A stretch of DNA of 64,000 bases from an uncultured Collinsella sp. (GCA_959019945.1 CAUEQD010000006.1:47611-111610); one strand, 5' to 3'. Counted from the first letter of the stretch, positions 14,610 through 25,484 are shown. The notes: generated by a model not told the origin, from the sequence alone. Translations and numbers: made by a program.

Positions 14610-16132
14610 TGGCGTTCGAAACCTTTGCCGTTCACGCAGCCTGTATCCGCGGCGTCGAGGCGATTCCCGTCACGGTCGAGGTGTCGCTTGCGGGTGGCAT
14701 CCCGGGCATCCAGATGCTCGGGATCCCGAGTATGGAGGTCATGGAGTCGCGCGGGCGCATTCGCTGCGCGATGCGCTCCGCCGGATTCGAGATCCCGCGC
14801 TCGGGTATTACGGTCAATCTGGCGCCTGGCGATATCCGAAAGACCGGTAGCGGCTTTGACCTGCCGATAGCCATTGCGGTGCTTGCGGCCGACGGGCAGA
14901 TTCCCCGCAACAGTCTCGACCGCTGCCTCATTGCCGGCGAGCTCGGCCTGGATGGCACAGTGCTTCCCGTCAAGGGCGAGGTGGCGTTCCAGCTGCTGGC
15001 TCGCGACATGGGGCTGTCTTTTATCGCCGGCAGGTCCGACCAACATGTTCCGCTTGCGGGCGTCGACTGCGGTTTTATCGATCATCTGTCGCAGCTTGCC
15101 CGCGGTATGGGCGAGGCGGCTCGGCATTATCTGGATTCCGAGGGCGTGGAGGCCACCTTTGAGCCCGAGCTCGATTATGCCGACGTGTTGGGGCAGGAGG
15201 TCGCCAAGCGCGGCATGGCGCTTGCGGCGGCAGGGGAGCTCGGCCTTCTCATGATCGGCTCGCCCGGTTCGGGCAAGACCATGCTTGCGCGCCGCATGAC
15301 GGGTATCTTGCCCGAACTTTCCGTCGAGGATCAGCAGGAGGCGCTGTGTATCCATTCGGTCTTGGGTGAGAACATCGATGGCCTGCTTGCAGGGCATCGG
15401 CCGTTTCGAAGCCCTCATCACAGCATTTCGACAGCGGGCCTTATTGGCGGAGGACGCCCTGTGCATCCGGGCGAGATCAGCCTTGCCCATGGCGGCGTGC
15501 TCTTTTTGGACGAGCTTGCCGAGTTTCCCACCGGTGTGCTGCAGACGCTCAGGCAGCCTATCGAGCGCGGCTATGTCAGGATCGTGCGCGTCGATGGCGC
15601 CTTTACGTTTCCCTCGCGCTTTCAGCTGCTTGCGGCGAGCAATCCCTGCCCCTGCGGCTTTTTGGGCGATCGCGAGGTTCCGTGTCGTTGCTCGGCATCG
15701 ATGGTAGAGCGCTATCGGTCCAAGCTGCGCGGTCCCTTGGCCGACCGCATCGACCTGATGATCGACGTGACCCGCCCCGATCCGCAGGTGATTATCGAGG
15801 GCGCTGAGGGCATGTCGTCGGCCGAGCTGCGCGACTACGTTGTCCGCGGTAGGGCTTTTCGTGTCTGGCGTGAGTCCCGTATGGACGATGCGGATGCCGA
15901 GGCCGAGGACGATGAGTCACGGTCCATTGACGGTGTCGTGTCGACCTTTGCACTCGACGAGGCCGCCGAGAAATGCGTGCTTGGCCTGTCGAAGCGCACG
16001 CATCTCACGGGGCGCGGCATCGTGCGTCTGGTTCGCATCGCGCGCACGATTGCCGATGTCGCCGAAAGTGAGCGTGTGACGCAAGATCATGTGCTCGAGG
16101 CGGCGATGTATCAGGGACGGAGGGATCAGTGA
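14609..16132 (+). CDS. comM: YifB/ComM family Mg-chelatase-like ATPase
   Basis: N-terminal Lon-like domain, Walker A GSPGSGKTMLARR, and FLDELAEF. The start overlaps the yraN stop (TGATG). Confidence 0.9.
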   Translation: MAFETFAVHAACIRGVEAIPVTVEVSLAGGIPGIQMLGIPSMEVMESRGRIRCAMRSAGFEIPRSGITVNLAPGDIRKTGSGFDLPIAIAVLAADGQIPRNSLDRCLIAGELGLDGTVLPVKGEVAFQLLARDMGLSFIAGRSDQHVPLAGVDCGFIDHLSQLARGMGEAARHYLDSEGVEATFEPELDYADVLGQEVAKRGMALAAAGELGLLMIGSPGSGKTMLARRMTGILPELSVEDQQEALCIHSVLGENIDGLLAGHRPFRSPHHSISTAGLIGGGRPVHPGEISLAHGGVLFLDELAEFPTGVLQTLRQPIERGYVRIVRVDGAFTFPSRFQLLAASNPCPCGFLGDREVPCRCSASMVERYRSKLRGPLADRIDLMIDVTRPDPQVIIEGAEGMSSAELRDYVVRGRAFRVWRESRMDDADAEAEDDESRSIDGVVSTFALDEAAEKCVLGLSKRTHLTGRGIVRLVRIARTIADVAESERVTQDHVLEAAMYQGRRDQ

Positions 16133-17064
16133 TGGACGAGAACCGGTACGAGCTGCATCCCGGTGATGCGTTGTTTCCAGATACCGTTTTGGAGCTCTCT
16201 GATGTACCCCAGACGCTGTTCGTGCGCGGCGACCCGGAGGTGCTCTCGACGCCGGCGCTCTCTATCATCGGTGCGCGCAAGGCTTCTCCCTACGGTCTTG
16301 CCGTTGCGGAGCTTGCAGCCAAGGTTGCCGTGGAAGCGGGGGTGACGGTGGTCTCCGGCGGTGCGGTCGGTTGCGACCAGGCGTCGGGTTGGGCCGCGGT
16401 CAATGCTGGTGGTAAACATGTCATGGTGTTGGGGACAGGCGCCGATGTAGTCTACCCGCGCTCGAGCGCGGGCCTTATCGTGCGCACGCTCGATACGGGC
16501 GGCGCAGTCGTGTCCATGTCGCCTTGGGGTATGGGGCCGCGTAAGTTTGCCTTTCCGCGGCGCAATCGCGTGATCGCAGCGCTGTCGCAGGCGCTCTTTG
16601 TGTCGGAGGCCGGCATGCCATCTGGGACGTTTTCTACTGCCGAGACCGCCATGGACTTGGGGCGCGAGCTGCTTGCCGTGCCGGGTTCGATTTTGTCTCC
16701 CGAGTCGCGCGGTACCAACTATCTTATCGCCAACGGCGCCTGCTGCATTGTCGACGAGGAGTCCATCGAGATGGCTATCTCTCGCATATACGGAACCCTG
16801 CGCTACTCGCGCCCTGATGCGCCCGGTATCGCCGACCTGGATGCCACGCAGCAGGTCGTGATGCATGCCCTCATTGCCTCGCCGCTCAAGGTCGATGATA
16901 TCGCCGCGCTCGTCTCCCTCGATGCCGTCGGCGTACTCAAGCTCCTGGGTTCGCTCGAGCTTGAGGGTCTCATCGAGCGCATGATGGATGGAAGGTATGC
17001 GCCCTCCAAGTTTGCCCTTCACGCCCAGACACCCTTCGGTCACAATGGAAAACGTGTCAATTAG
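16132..17064 (+). CDS. dprA: DNA-processing protein DprA (Smf)
   Basis: IIGARKASPYG, VVSGGAVGCD and FPRRNRVIAALS motifs. The start overlaps the comM stop. Confidence 0.9.
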   Translation: MDENRYELHPGDALFPDTVLELSDVPQTLFVRGDPEVLSTPALSIIGARKASPYGLAVAELAAKVAVEAGVTVVSGGAVGCDQASGWAAVNAGGKHVMVLGTGADVVYPRSSAGLIVRTLDTGGAVVSMSPWGMGPRKFAFPRRNRVIAALSQALFVSEAGMPSGTFSTAETAMDLGRELLAVPGSILSPESRGTNYLIANGACCIVDEESIEMAISRIYGTLRYSRPDAPGIADLDATQQVVMHALIASPLKVDDIAALVSLDAVGVLKLLGSLELEGLIERMMDGRYAPSKFALHAQTPFGHNGKRVN

Positions 17065-17078
17065 AAAGGTGTTTGCAG

Positions 17079-18416
17079 ATGCAGTTCGATCAGGTGACAG
17101 TTATCGGTGGCGGTCTGGCGGGTTCGGAATGCGCAATCCAGCTGGCAGACCGTGGGTTTGCCGTAAAGCTGTGCGAGATGCGCCCCCAGGTGAGCTCCCC
17201 GGCCCACCATACCGATCACCTGGCAGAGCTCGTCTGCTCCAATTCGTTTAAGTCGACTCGTCCGGATTCCGCGGCTGGTTTGCTGAAGGCCGAGCTTGAG
17301 CGCATGGGTTCAGTCCTGCTCGATTGCGCCCATCGCGCGGCTGTTCCCGCCGGCGGTGCCCTGGCGGTCGACCGCGTCAAGTTTTCCGAGCTTGTCGAGG
17401 CCGAGGTTGCCGCCCGTCCCAATATCGAGGTCGTGCACGGCGAGGTCACGCAGATTCCCGAGGGCCACGTGGTCATTGCCGCGGGTCCGCTGTGCTCACC
17501 GGCGCTGAGCGAAGAGGTCATGAAGCTCGTCGGTGGCGACGCCCTTGCGTTCTTCGATGCCGCGGCGCCTATCGTTGATGCCTCCACGCTCGATATGGAC
17601 GTGCTGTTCTCTCAGTCGCGCTACGAGGAACAGGGGAGCGGCGACTATCTCAACGCTCCGCTCAATAAGGAGGAGTACGAGGCCTTTATCGAGGCGCTTA
17701 CCACGGCCGACCGCGTGGTACTCAAGGACTTTGAGGGCGGCGATCTGTTCCAGGCTTGCCAGCCTGCCGAGGAGGTTGCGCGCACCGGCAAGGACGCCAT
17801 TCGCTTTGGCGCCATGAAGCCGGTCGGCCTCACCGACCCGCGTACCGGACGTCGCCCCTGGGCGGCGATTCAGCTGCGTGCCGAGAACAAGGAGAAGACC
17901 GCCTATAACTTGGTGGGCTTCCAGACCAACCTGACCTTTGGCGAGCAGAAGCGCGTCTTCCATATGGTGCCGGGCTTGGAGAACGCTGAGTTCTTCCGCT
18001 ACGGTGTCATGCACCGCAATACCTTTGTCGACGCTCCGCACGTGCTCGATGGCACCTTTGCCGTGCCCGGTACCGGCGTGCGCCTGGCCGGTCAGATCAC
18101 CGGCACCGAGGGGTACATGGAAGCGGTGGCGACCGGTCTGCTCGCGGCGCTCAACACCTATGCCGAGGCTATCGGCGCCACGGGCGTCGAGTTGCCGCGT
18201 GTGGGCGCCCTGGGTGCGCTCGTGGGCTATGCGACCGATCCTGCCACCGTGGGCTATCAGCCCATGCATGTCAACTTTGGCTTGGTGCCGCCGCTCGAGG
18301 ATGGTAAGCGCCGCAGCAAGCGTGACCGCTACCAAGCCTATGCGGACCGTGCGCTCGAGGCTCTCGATGCCTATCTGGCCACTCGCCCCGATCTGTTTGG
18401 AGGCGACCGGTCATAG
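17079..18416 (+). CDS. trmFO: Methylenetetrahydrofolate--tRNA-(uracil-5-)-methyltransferase TrmFO
   Basis: VIGGGLAGSE FAD motif and AELVCSNSF. Confidence 0.92.
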   Translation: MQFDQVTVIGGGLAGSECAIQLADRGFAVKLCEMRPQVSSPAHHTDHLAELVCSNSFKSTRPDSAAGLLKAELERMGSVLLDCAHRAAVPAGGALAVDRVKFSELVEAEVAARPNIEVVHGEVTQIPEGHVVIAAGPLCSPALSEEVMKLVGGDALAFFDAAAPIVDASTLDMDVLFSQSRYEEQGSGDYLNAPLNKEEYEAFIEALTTADRVVLKDFEGGDLFQACQPAEEVARTGKDAIRFGAMKPVGLTDPRTGRRPWAAIQLRAENKEKTAYNLVGFQTNLTFGEQKRVFHMVPGLENAEFFRYGVMHRNTFVDAPHVLDGTFAVPGTGVRLAGQITGTEGYMEAVATGLLAALNTYAEAIGATGVELPRVGALGALVGYATDPATVGYQPMHVNFGLVPPLEDGKRRSKRDRYQAYADRALEALDAYLATRPDLFGGDRS

Positions 18417-18490
18417 CCTTTGACCTGTACGATACCGTCGACTCGTTTATCGCCTATATCGCACGTGTCGAGGGGCTCTCTCCCAATACG

Positions 18491-19333
18491 GTGACTGCCT
18501 ATGGATCGCGGTTGGAGCGCTTTGCTGCCTGGTGCGAGCGCGAGGACGTCGACGCGCGCACCGCTGACGTACGGACCGTTCGCTCCTATTTGGCCGAGTT
18601 GTCGCGTGACCAGGTGGCGGCTCGGACCCTTGCGGCGCATCTGTCAGCTATTCGGTCGCTCTATCGTTGGATGGCTGCCGAGGGAATCGTAGAAGGCGAT
18701 GCGGTCTCGGCCATATCCTCGCCCAAGCTGCCGCGTGATCTACCCGGTGTGCTGACGACCCAACAGGTGGAGGCGCTACTCAAGACGCCTGATACCTCAA
18801 CACCCGCGGGACTGCGCGATGCGGCGATGCTTGAGCTGCTCTATGCATCCGGCGCCCGTATCTCTGAGCTCTCAGCACTCAATGTGGAGTCCATCGCTTG
18901 GTCCGAACGCACGCTGCGCCTGTGGGGCAAGGGGAGCAAAGAACGTATCGTCCCTCTGTATCGTCGTGCGCTCGAGGCGACCCGCACCTATGTCGAGGAG
19001 GGGAGACCGGCACTGCTCGCGCAGGCTAAGCGTCGCGATGCCGCAAATGGTCCCCATCCGCTGTTGATATCTGTGCGTGGCAATCGCATGAGTGCTGCCA
19101 TGCTCAGGCGACGGTTCCATATGCTTGCGGCACTTGCCGGCATTCCTCCCGACATCGCCCCGCATGCGATGCGCCATACCTTTGCGACCGACTTGCTCGA
19201 GGGCGGTGCGGACCTGCGCTCGGTTCAGGAGCTGCTGGGGCATGCGAGTTTGTCCACGACGCAGATCTATACGCATCTCACTCCCGAACGCCTCAAGCGT
19301 GCCGTGAGTCAGGCACATCCCCGCGGCGAGTAG
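18491..19333 (+). CDS. xerC: Tyrosine recombinase XerC/XerD family
   Basis: Catalytic motifs ARISEL, HAMRHTFAT and LGHASLSTTQIYTH. GTG 18491 is the first canonical start; the conserved-looking N-terminus extends upstream without one (see findings). Confidence 0.88.
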   Translation: MTAYGSRLERFAAWCEREDVDARTADVRTVRSYLAELSRDQVAARTLAAHLSAIRSLYRWMAAEGIVEGDAVSAISSPKLPRDLPGVLTTQQVEALLKTPDTSTPAGLRDAAMLELLYASGARISELSALNVESIAWSERTLRLWGKGSKERIVPLYRRALEATRTYVEEGRPALLAQAKRRDAANGPHPLLISVRGNRMSAAMLRRRFHMLAALAGIPPDIAPHAMRHTFATDLLEGGADLRSVQELLGHASLSTTQIYTHLTPERLKRAVSQAHPRGE

Positions 19334-19551
19334 GAGAAGGGCCTCCCGCGCCGCGCCAAGGTGTGTGGTTTTGATTGCGGGTTGGCAGGAAGAGGCAATC
19401 CTGCTATCATTCATCGGGTTGCTTCACGGCAACAGGTTTTTATCACGCACGCGCGGCTACTCCATACCGTGGTGCCCGGGCTTTGGTAGCACATGTCCGG
19501 GTTGGTTTTGGAGGATGACCCCGCGCGGAGGCAAACCACAGGAGGTTTAAC

Positions 19552-20280
19552 ATGGCTACCAAGATTAATATCCGCACCCTGCTCGAGGCCGGCTGCCACT
19601 TCGGTCACCAGACCCGTCGCTGGAACCCCAAGATGAAGCCGTTCATCTTCGGTGAGCGCAACGGCATCTACATCCTCGACCTCAAGCAGACCATCCTTGA
19701 CGCCGACCAGGCCTACACCTTCGTCAAGAACGTCGCCAAGGGCGGCAACGTGCTGTTCGTCGGCACCAAGAAGCAGGCTCAGGAGGCCGTCAAGAACGCT
19801 GCTGAGCGCGCCAACATGCCCTACATTAACCAGCGTTGGCTCGGCGGTATGCTGACCAACTTCGTCACCATCCGCTCCCGCATCAACCGCATGGAGGAGC
19901 TCGAGGCCATGGTCGAGGACGGCCGCATGGCTGTTCTGCCCAAGAAGGAGCAGGCTGTTCTCGGCAAGGAGCTCACCAAGCTCCAGACCAACCTCGGTGG
20001 CGCCCGCGACATGAAGGGTCTGCCCCAGGCTCTCTTCGTCATCGACACCAAGCGCGAGGAGAACGCCATCAAGGAGGCTCAGCGCCTGAACATCCCCGTC
20101 GTCGCTCTGATCGACACCAACTCCGATCCCGACGAGGTCGAGTACGGCATCCCCTGCAACGATGACGCTATCTCCGCTGTCACCCTTATGTGCGAGCTCA
20201 TGGCTGACGCCTGCCTCGCTGGCTCCGGCAAGGAGCAGGTCTCCGAGGCCGAGATGGCCGCTGAGCCCAAGGCCGAGTAA
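19552..20280 (+). CDS. rpsB: 30S ribosomal protein S2
   Basis: [25 protein letters not shown] lies upstream. Confidence 0.96.
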   Translation: MATKINIRTLLEAGCHFGHQTRRWNPKMKPFIFGERNGIYILDLKQTILDADQAYTFVKNVAKGGNVLFVGTKKQAQEAVKNAAERANMPYINQRWLGGMLTNFVTIRSRINRMEELEAMVEDGRMAVLPKKEQAVLGKELTKLQTNLGGARDMKGLPQALFVIDTKREENAIKEAQRLNIPVVALIDTNSDPDEVEYGIPCNDDAISAVTLMCELMADACLAGSGKEQVSEAEMAAEPKAE

Positions 20281-20325
20281 ATCAGTCTTAGTTAATTCTT
20301 TTTCATCTCTTTGAAAGGAACCACA

Positions 20326-21195
20326 ATGGCCCAGATTACCGCCGCTATGGTCAAGCAGCTCCGCGAGATGACCGACTCCCCGATGATGGAGTGCAAGAAG
20401 GCTCTCGTCGAGGCTGACGGCGACATGGACGCCGCTGTCGACGTTCTGCGTAAGAACGGCCTTGCCAAGGCTGCCAAGAAGGCTGGCCGTGAGACCAACG
20501 AGGGCGCTGTCGCCGCGTTCGTCTCTGAGGATGGCAAGACCGGCGCTCTGCTCGAGCTCTCCTGCGAGACCGACTTCGTTGGTTCTAACGCCAAGTTCAC
20601 CGGCTTTGCTTCCAAGGTCGCTGAGGTTGTCGCTACCACCGAGCCTGCTGACGTCGACGCTCTGCTCGAGAAGCCGATGGGCGAGGAGACCGTTTCCTCC
20701 GAGCTCACCGAGATGATTCACATCATGGGCGAGAACATGAAGATCTCCCGCTTCGCTGCCCGCAAGGCTGAGAACGGAGCGCTCGCTTCTTACATCCACA
20801 TGGGTGGTAAGATCGGCGTCCTCGTCGAGTTCGCCTTCGAGAAGGCCGAGACCGCTCAGGCCGACTCCTTCAAGACCTTCGCCCACGACGTTGCCCTTCA
20901 GGTTGCCGCCGTCGCCCCGATTTGCGCTACCCGCGATCAGGTTCCGGCTGAGACCGTCGAGCACGAGAAACAGATCTACATGGCTCAGGCTGCCGAGTCC
21001 GGCAAGCCCGAGGCTATCCAGGAGAAGATGGCCGTTGGCCGTCTGGAGAAGTTCTACAAGCAGTCCGTGCTCACCGAGCAGGAGTTCATCAAGGACAGCT
21101 CCCTCACCATCAAGAAGTACGCTGAGCAGGTCTCCAAGGAGCTCGGCGATACCATTACCGTCGTTGCCTTTGACCGTCTGGTCCGTGGCGAGTAA
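20326..21195 (+). CDS. tsf: Translation elongation factor Ts
   Basis: ITAAMVKQLREMTDSPMMECKKAL (UBA-like N-terminus). The synteny with rpsB is conserved. Confidence 0.95.
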   Translation: MAQITAAMVKQLREMTDSPMMECKKALVEADGDMDAAVDVLRKNGLAKAAKKAGRETNEGAVAAFVSEDGKTGALLELSCETDFVGSNAKFTGFASKVAEVVATTEPADVDALLEKPMGEETVSSELTEMIHIMGENMKISRFAARKAENGALASYIHMGGKIGVLVEFAFEKAETAQADSFKTFAHDVALQVAAVAPICATRDQVPAETVEHEKQIYMAQAAESGKPEAIQEKMAVGRLEKFYKQSVLTEQEFIKDSSLTIKKYAEQVSKELGDTITVVAFDRLVRGE

Positions 21196-21218
21196 ATAAG
21201 CTCTTGTAGCTGGTAATG

Positions 21219-21254
21219 AGCAGGCTGTGGGTTTTACTCACAGCCTGCTTTTTC
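21219..21254 (+). terminator. Rho-independent terminator after tsf
   Basis: AGCAGGCTGTG-N9-CACAGCCTGCT followed by TTTT. Confidence 0.75.
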
Positions 21255-21312
21255 ATGGCTCTTATCAGAGCCTTTGATATCATATTGAGAGTCTAATTAA
21301 AGGAGGATCGCT

Positions 21313-22035
21313 TTGTCCGACATCCGATATAAACGCGTGCTTCTTAAGCTTTCCGGCGAAGCACTGATGGGCGACGGCCAATATGGCATCGACCCCAAGG
21401 TTACCGACCATCTTGCCAAGCAGGTCAAGGAGCTGCTCGCCGTTGGCCATGAGGTCGGCGTCGTTGTCGGCGGCGGCAATATTTTCCGCGGCATGGCAGG
21501 CGCTGCCGGTGGCATGGAGCGTGCTCAGGCCGATTATATGGGCATGCTCGCGACCGTTATGAACGCGCTCGCCCTGCAGGATGCCTTCGAACACAACGAT
21601 GTTCCCTGCCGCGTGATGAGCGCTATCCAGATGAACGAGATCTGCGAGCCCTATATTCGCCGTCGCGCCATCAACCACCTTTCCAAGGGCAACGTCGTTA
21701 TCTTTGCCGCCGGTTCGGGCAATCCGTACTTTACGACCGACACCGCCGCGGCTCTTCGTGCGTGCGAGATCGGCGCCGAGATTCTGATTAAAGCCACCAA
21801 GGTCGACGGCATCTATGACAAGGACCCCGTCAAGTGTGCCGACGCCGTCCGCTTTGACAAGATCACCTATCACGAGGTTCTCGTCCGCGGTCTGCAGGTT
21901 ATGGATTCCACGGCTACGGCACTGTGCCAGGATAACCGTATGCCGATTTTGGTCCTCAACATCGATGGCGAGGACACCGTCAAGCGCGCGCTCGCGGGTG
22001 AGCCCGTCGGCACGCTCGTCTATCAGGAGGATTAA
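21313..22035 (+). CDS. pyrH: UMP kinase
   Basis: [13 protein letters not shown] and [17 protein letters not shown] precedes TTG 21313. Confidence 0.93.
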   Translation: MSDIRYKRVLLKLSGEALMGDGQYGIDPKVTDHLAKQVKELLAVGHEVGVVVGGGNIFRGMAGAAGGMERAQADYMGMLATVMNALALQDAFEHNDVPCRVMSAIQMNEICEPYIRRRAINHLSKGNVVIFAAGSGNPYFTTDTAAALRACEIGAEILIKATKVDGIYDKDPVKCADAVRFDKITYHEVLVRGLQVMDSTATALCQDNRMPILVLNIDGEDTVKRALAGEPVGTLVYQED

Positions 22036-22037
22036 GC

Positions 22038-22574
22038 ATGGCAGAGAACATCACCGCCCATATGGACAAGTCGCTCGAGTCCCTCAAGCATAACTTCTCC
22101 AAGGTCCGTACCGGCCGCGCCAATGCCAACATTCTGTCCGACATCACCGTCGATTATTACGGTGTTCCCACGCCGGTCACGCAGGTTGCCGCCGTCAAGA
22201 CCCCCGAGGCCCACATGCTGCTCATCGAGCCGTGGGACAAGGCACTCATCAATGCTATCGTCAAGGCCATCGGCGCTTCCGATCTGGGCATTACCCCCAA
22301 CTCCGATGGCACCGTCGTTCGTCTGCCGTTCCCGGCTCCCACCGAGGAGCGTCGTCGCGAGCTCGTCAAGGAGTGCCGCGAGTACGCCGAGCAGGCCAAG
22401 GTGTCTATCCGTAACATCCGTCGCGACTTCAACAACAAGCTCGAGCGCGATGAGGAGCTCACCGAGGACGATGTCCGTCGCGAGCAGGCCAAGGTCCAGA
22501 AGCACACCGATGAGTATGTCGCCAAGGTCGAGGAGCTTCTGAAGGAAAAAGAAGCCGAGGTCATGGAGATCTAA
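22038..22574 (+). CDS. frr: Ribosome recycling factor
   Basis: Typical Frr sequence (VRTGRANANIL, IRNIRRD). Confidence 0.95.
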   Translation: MAENITAHMDKSLESLKHNFSKVRTGRANANILSDITVDYYGVPTPVTQVAAVKTPEAHMLLIEPWDKALINAIVKAIGASDLGITPNSDGTVVRLPFPAPTEERRRELVKECREYAEQAKVSIRNIRRDFNNKLERDEELTEDDVRREQAKVQKHTDEYVAKVEELLKEKEAEVMEI

Positions 22575-22575
22575 G

Positions 22576-23370
22576 GTGCAATACGACGAGCATAAACTGG
22601 TCGAGTACTTTGCCGACGCCCCCGCGGGCGTCGGTTTTTCCGACCTTGACCTCAATAACATTCCGCACCATATCTCGTGCATCATGGACGGCAACGGTCG
22701 TTGGGCCACATCGCGCGGTCTTGCACGCACCGAGGGCCACAAGGCGGGTATCGTCTCGCTGCGCGAGATTATTACCGCCTGCGTGCGTCTGGGCGTCGAC
22801 GTGCTTTCGGCCTATGCGTTTTCTACCGAAAACTGGAACCGCCCGCAGCATGAGGTCAACGTCTTGATGCACCTGTTTGCCAAGACGTTTATCGACGAGC
22901 TGCCGCTTCTGAAGCGCGAAAACGTGCGCGTTATCTTTTTGGGTGACATTTCCGCGCTGCCCAAGAAGACCCGCGACGTTTTTGAACGCGGTCTTGCCGA
23001 GTGCGCCAATCACACCGGCATGACGCTGGCGCTTGCCGTCAACTACGGCGCGCGTGCCGAGATTACCCGCGCTGTCCGTCAGATCGCACTCGACGCTGCC
23101 GCCGGTAAGATCGATCCTGGCGCAATTGATGACGACATGGTGGCTTCCCACCTCTATACCGCCGGCCTACCCGATCCTGAGCTTGTGATTCGCACCTCTG
23201 GTGAGCTTCGCCTTTCGAACTACCTGCTGTGGCAGGTGGCTTATTCAGAGTTCTACGTCACCGATACCTATTGGCCCGACTTTGATCGTTGGGGCCTTGT
23301 CGACGCCATTTTGGCCTATCAGGGCCGTGACCGTAGGTTTGGTGGACTGAGCAAGACTGAGGAGGCTTAA
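22576..23370 (+). CDS. uppS: Isoprenyl transferase (undecaprenyl-diphosphate synthase family)
   Basis: HISCIMDGNGRWA, FSTENWNRP and RLSNYLLWQVAYSE. Confidence 0.93.
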   Translation: MQYDEHKLVEYFADAPAGVGFSDLDLNNIPHHISCIMDGNGRWATSRGLARTEGHKAGIVSLREIITACVRLGVDVLSAYAFSTENWNRPQHEVNVLMHLFAKTFIDELPLLKRENVRVIFLGDISALPKKTRDVFERGLAECANHTGMTLALAVNYGARAEITRAVRQIALDAAAGKIDPGAIDDDMVASHLYTAGLPDPELVIRTSGELRLSNYLLWQVAYSEFYVTDTYWPDFDRWGLVDAILAYQGRDRRFGGLSKTEEA

Positions 23371-23372
23371 TC

Positions 23373-24272
23373 GTGTCCGATCGTCCCAAGGCATCTGCTC
23401 CCAAGACGCCTGCGCGCAAAGCTGCCACTGCGGGAGCGCCTGCAGCGAAGAGCGGCACCGGTTCGTGGCTGGCGGGCTTTATTACCCGTGCCGCTGCCGG
23501 TATCGTCTACGCCGTTGTCTTTATCCTGTGCTTGGTTTTGGGTATTGTGCCCACGGCCATCTTTGTTTCTGTCATGAGCGGTCTGTGCTGCTATGAGTTT
23601 TTCCGTATGACGAGGCTCGATGGCAAGATGGCTAACGAGCGCATGGGTATCGCTGCCGCCGTACTCTTTCCGCTGTCGGCGTTGGGCGATTCGATGTTGC
23701 TGAATGCCCTGCTTTTTGCCCTGATGCTCGCTGTGGGCATTTGGTATGTCTGGTCGCCGCGTACCCGCATCTCTGATGTGGCCGTGACGCTCATGGGTCC
23801 CATCTACACTGGCTTTATGCTGTCGGCTATCGTGCTGCTGCGCGATGCCGTGCCCGGTTTTGCCGGCGCCCTGCTTTCGGTGGGCGTTTGTGCGTCCCTT
23901 TGGGTCTCCGATTCGTTTGCCTACATCGTGGGCAGCCGTATCGGTAAACACAAGATGGTTCCCAAGATTTCTCCCAAAAAGAGCTGGGAGGGGTTTGTCG
24001 GCGGCATCCTGGGCTCGGTTTTGATTTGGCTCATCCTGTGGGCGACGCATTTCTACAAGCTCAGCCTGCCCTATGCGCTGCTGTGCGGCGTGGTCGTGTC
24101 CATTTTGGGCGTTATCGGCGACCTTATCGAGTCTCGCATCAAGCGCGGTGCGGGCGTTAAGGATTCCGGTAACCTTATCCCGGGCCACGGCGGCATGCTC
24201 GATCGTAGCGATTCGCTTATCTTCGGCTGCATCACAGCGCAGCTGATGCTGATGATCGGAGGCGTGCTGTAA
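23373..24272 (+). CDS. cdsA: Phosphatidate cytidylyltransferase
   Basis: Polytopic. Motifs SPKKSWEGFVGG and SRIKRGAGVKDSGNLIPGHGGMLDR. Confidence 0.92.
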   Translation: MSDRPKASAPKTPARKAATAGAPAAKSGTGSWLAGFITRAAAGIVYAVVFILCLVLGIVPTAIFVSVMSGLCCYEFFRMTRLDGKMANERMGIAAAVLFPLSALGDSMLLNALLFALMLAVGIWYVWSPRTRISDVAVTLMGPIYTGFMLSAIVLLRDAVPGFAGALLSVGVCASLWVSDSFAYIVGSRIGKHKMVPKISPKKSWEGFVGGILGSVLIWLILWATHFYKLSLPYALLCGVVVSILGVIGDLIESRIKRGAGVKDSGNLIPGHGGMLDRSDSLIFGCITAQLMLMIGGVL

Positions 24273-25459
24273 TGTCATTCCAGACGACGTATGGCTCCGA
24301 TGGACGTCTCCGTGTTGCCATCCTGGGCTGTACGGGCTCTATTGGCACTCAGGCGCTCGATGTGTGCCGTCAGCATGCCGATCGCCTGCAGGTGACGGCG
24401 CTATCCGTTAACTCCAGTACCTCCGAGCTCGTTGCCGCTGCCCGCGAGTTCTCGGTTCCGGCGGTTGCCGTGGCCGATGTCGCTCATGGCGATGACGCCG
24501 TGCTGCAGGAGTTGCCCGAGGGAACGAAGCTCGGCGTTGGCGCGCAGGCGGTTTGCGAGCTCGCTCGTCGCGACGATGTCGACTGCGTGCTCGTCGCTAT
24601 TGTGGGTGCCGCCGGTCTCGAGGCGAGCCATGCGGCCTTGACCTCGAATAAGCGTCTTGCCCTTGCCAACAAGGAGTCCCTCGTCGTCGGTGGCGACTTG
24701 CTTATGCCGTTGGCGCAACCGGGCCAGCTTATTCCAGTCGACTCTGAGCACTCCGCCATCTACCAGTGCTATCTGGGGGAGAGCCCGCGCGAGGCTCATT
24801 GTATTTGGCTCACCTGCTCGGGCGGTCCGTTCTTTGGCCGCACGCGCGACGAGCTCAATCGCGTGACGCGTGCCGATGCCCTCGCACATCCCACGTGGGC
24901 CATGGGTGCTAAGATCACCATCGACTCCGCCACCCTCATGAATAAGGGCCTGGAGCGCATTGAGGCCATGCATCTGTTTAACTGCGACCTCGATTTCATT
25001 AACGTGGTCGTGCAGCGTCAGTCCAAGATTCACTCTATGGTCGAGTTTGCCGACGGCTCCGTGATGGCGCATCTCGGTGCTTCCGACATGCGTATTCCCA
25101 TCCAGTTCGCGTTCTCGTATCCCGAGCGTTGGGATACCCCGGCGCCTCGTATCGATTTCCGCGAGCTGGGGCAGCTCACGTTTGATGCTGCCGACATGAA
25201 TACCTTCCGCTGTCTGGCACTGGCCGAGCGTGCCGGCAAGACGGGTGGCACCATGCCGTGCGTGCTCAATGCCGCCAACGAGGTCGCCGTCGATGCCTTC
25301 CTGCACGATGGCTGCAGCTTTACCGATATCGATCGCATTGTGGAATCCTGCATGGATGCCCACGATATGCAGGCGGTCGATTCGTTTGAGCAGCTTCGCG
25401 ACATCGATGCGTGGGCGCGTGAAAAGGCTGCGCAGGTACTCGCCGCAACCCGTTCCTAA
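24272..25459 (+). CDS. dxr: 1-deoxy-D-xylulose-5-phosphate reductoisomerase
   Basis: ILGCTGSIGTQALDV, LANKESLV, DSEHSAI and NAANE. Confidence 0.95.
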   Translation: MSFQTTYGSDGRLRVAILGCTGSIGTQALDVCRQHADRLQVTALSVNSSTSELVAAAREFSVPAVAVADVAHGDDAVLQELPEGTKLGVGAQAVCELARRDDVDCVLVAIVGAAGLEASHAALTSNKRLALANKESLVVGGDLLMPLAQPGQLIPVDSEHSAIYQCYLGESPREAHCIWLTCSGGPFFGRTRDELNRVTRADALAHPTWAMGAKITIDSATLMNKGLERIEAMHLFNCDLDFINVVVQRQSKIHSMVEFADGSVMAHLGASDMRIPIQFAFSYPERWDTPAPRIDFRELGQLTFDAADMNTFRCLALAERAGKTGGTMPCVLNAANEVAVDAFLHDGCSFTDIDRIVESCMDAHDMQAVDSFEQLRDIDAWAREKAAQVLAATRS

Positions 25460-25484
25460 CCCATAAGGATTGCTTTTTCGTTTT

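Noticed and set aside
14609-17064. comM-dprA and comEA-comEC (43450-46463) considered as a notable competence system.
   Set aside because: These genes and their synteny are widely conserved in Gram-positive bacteria regardless of demonstrated natural competence. This is ordinary backbone.
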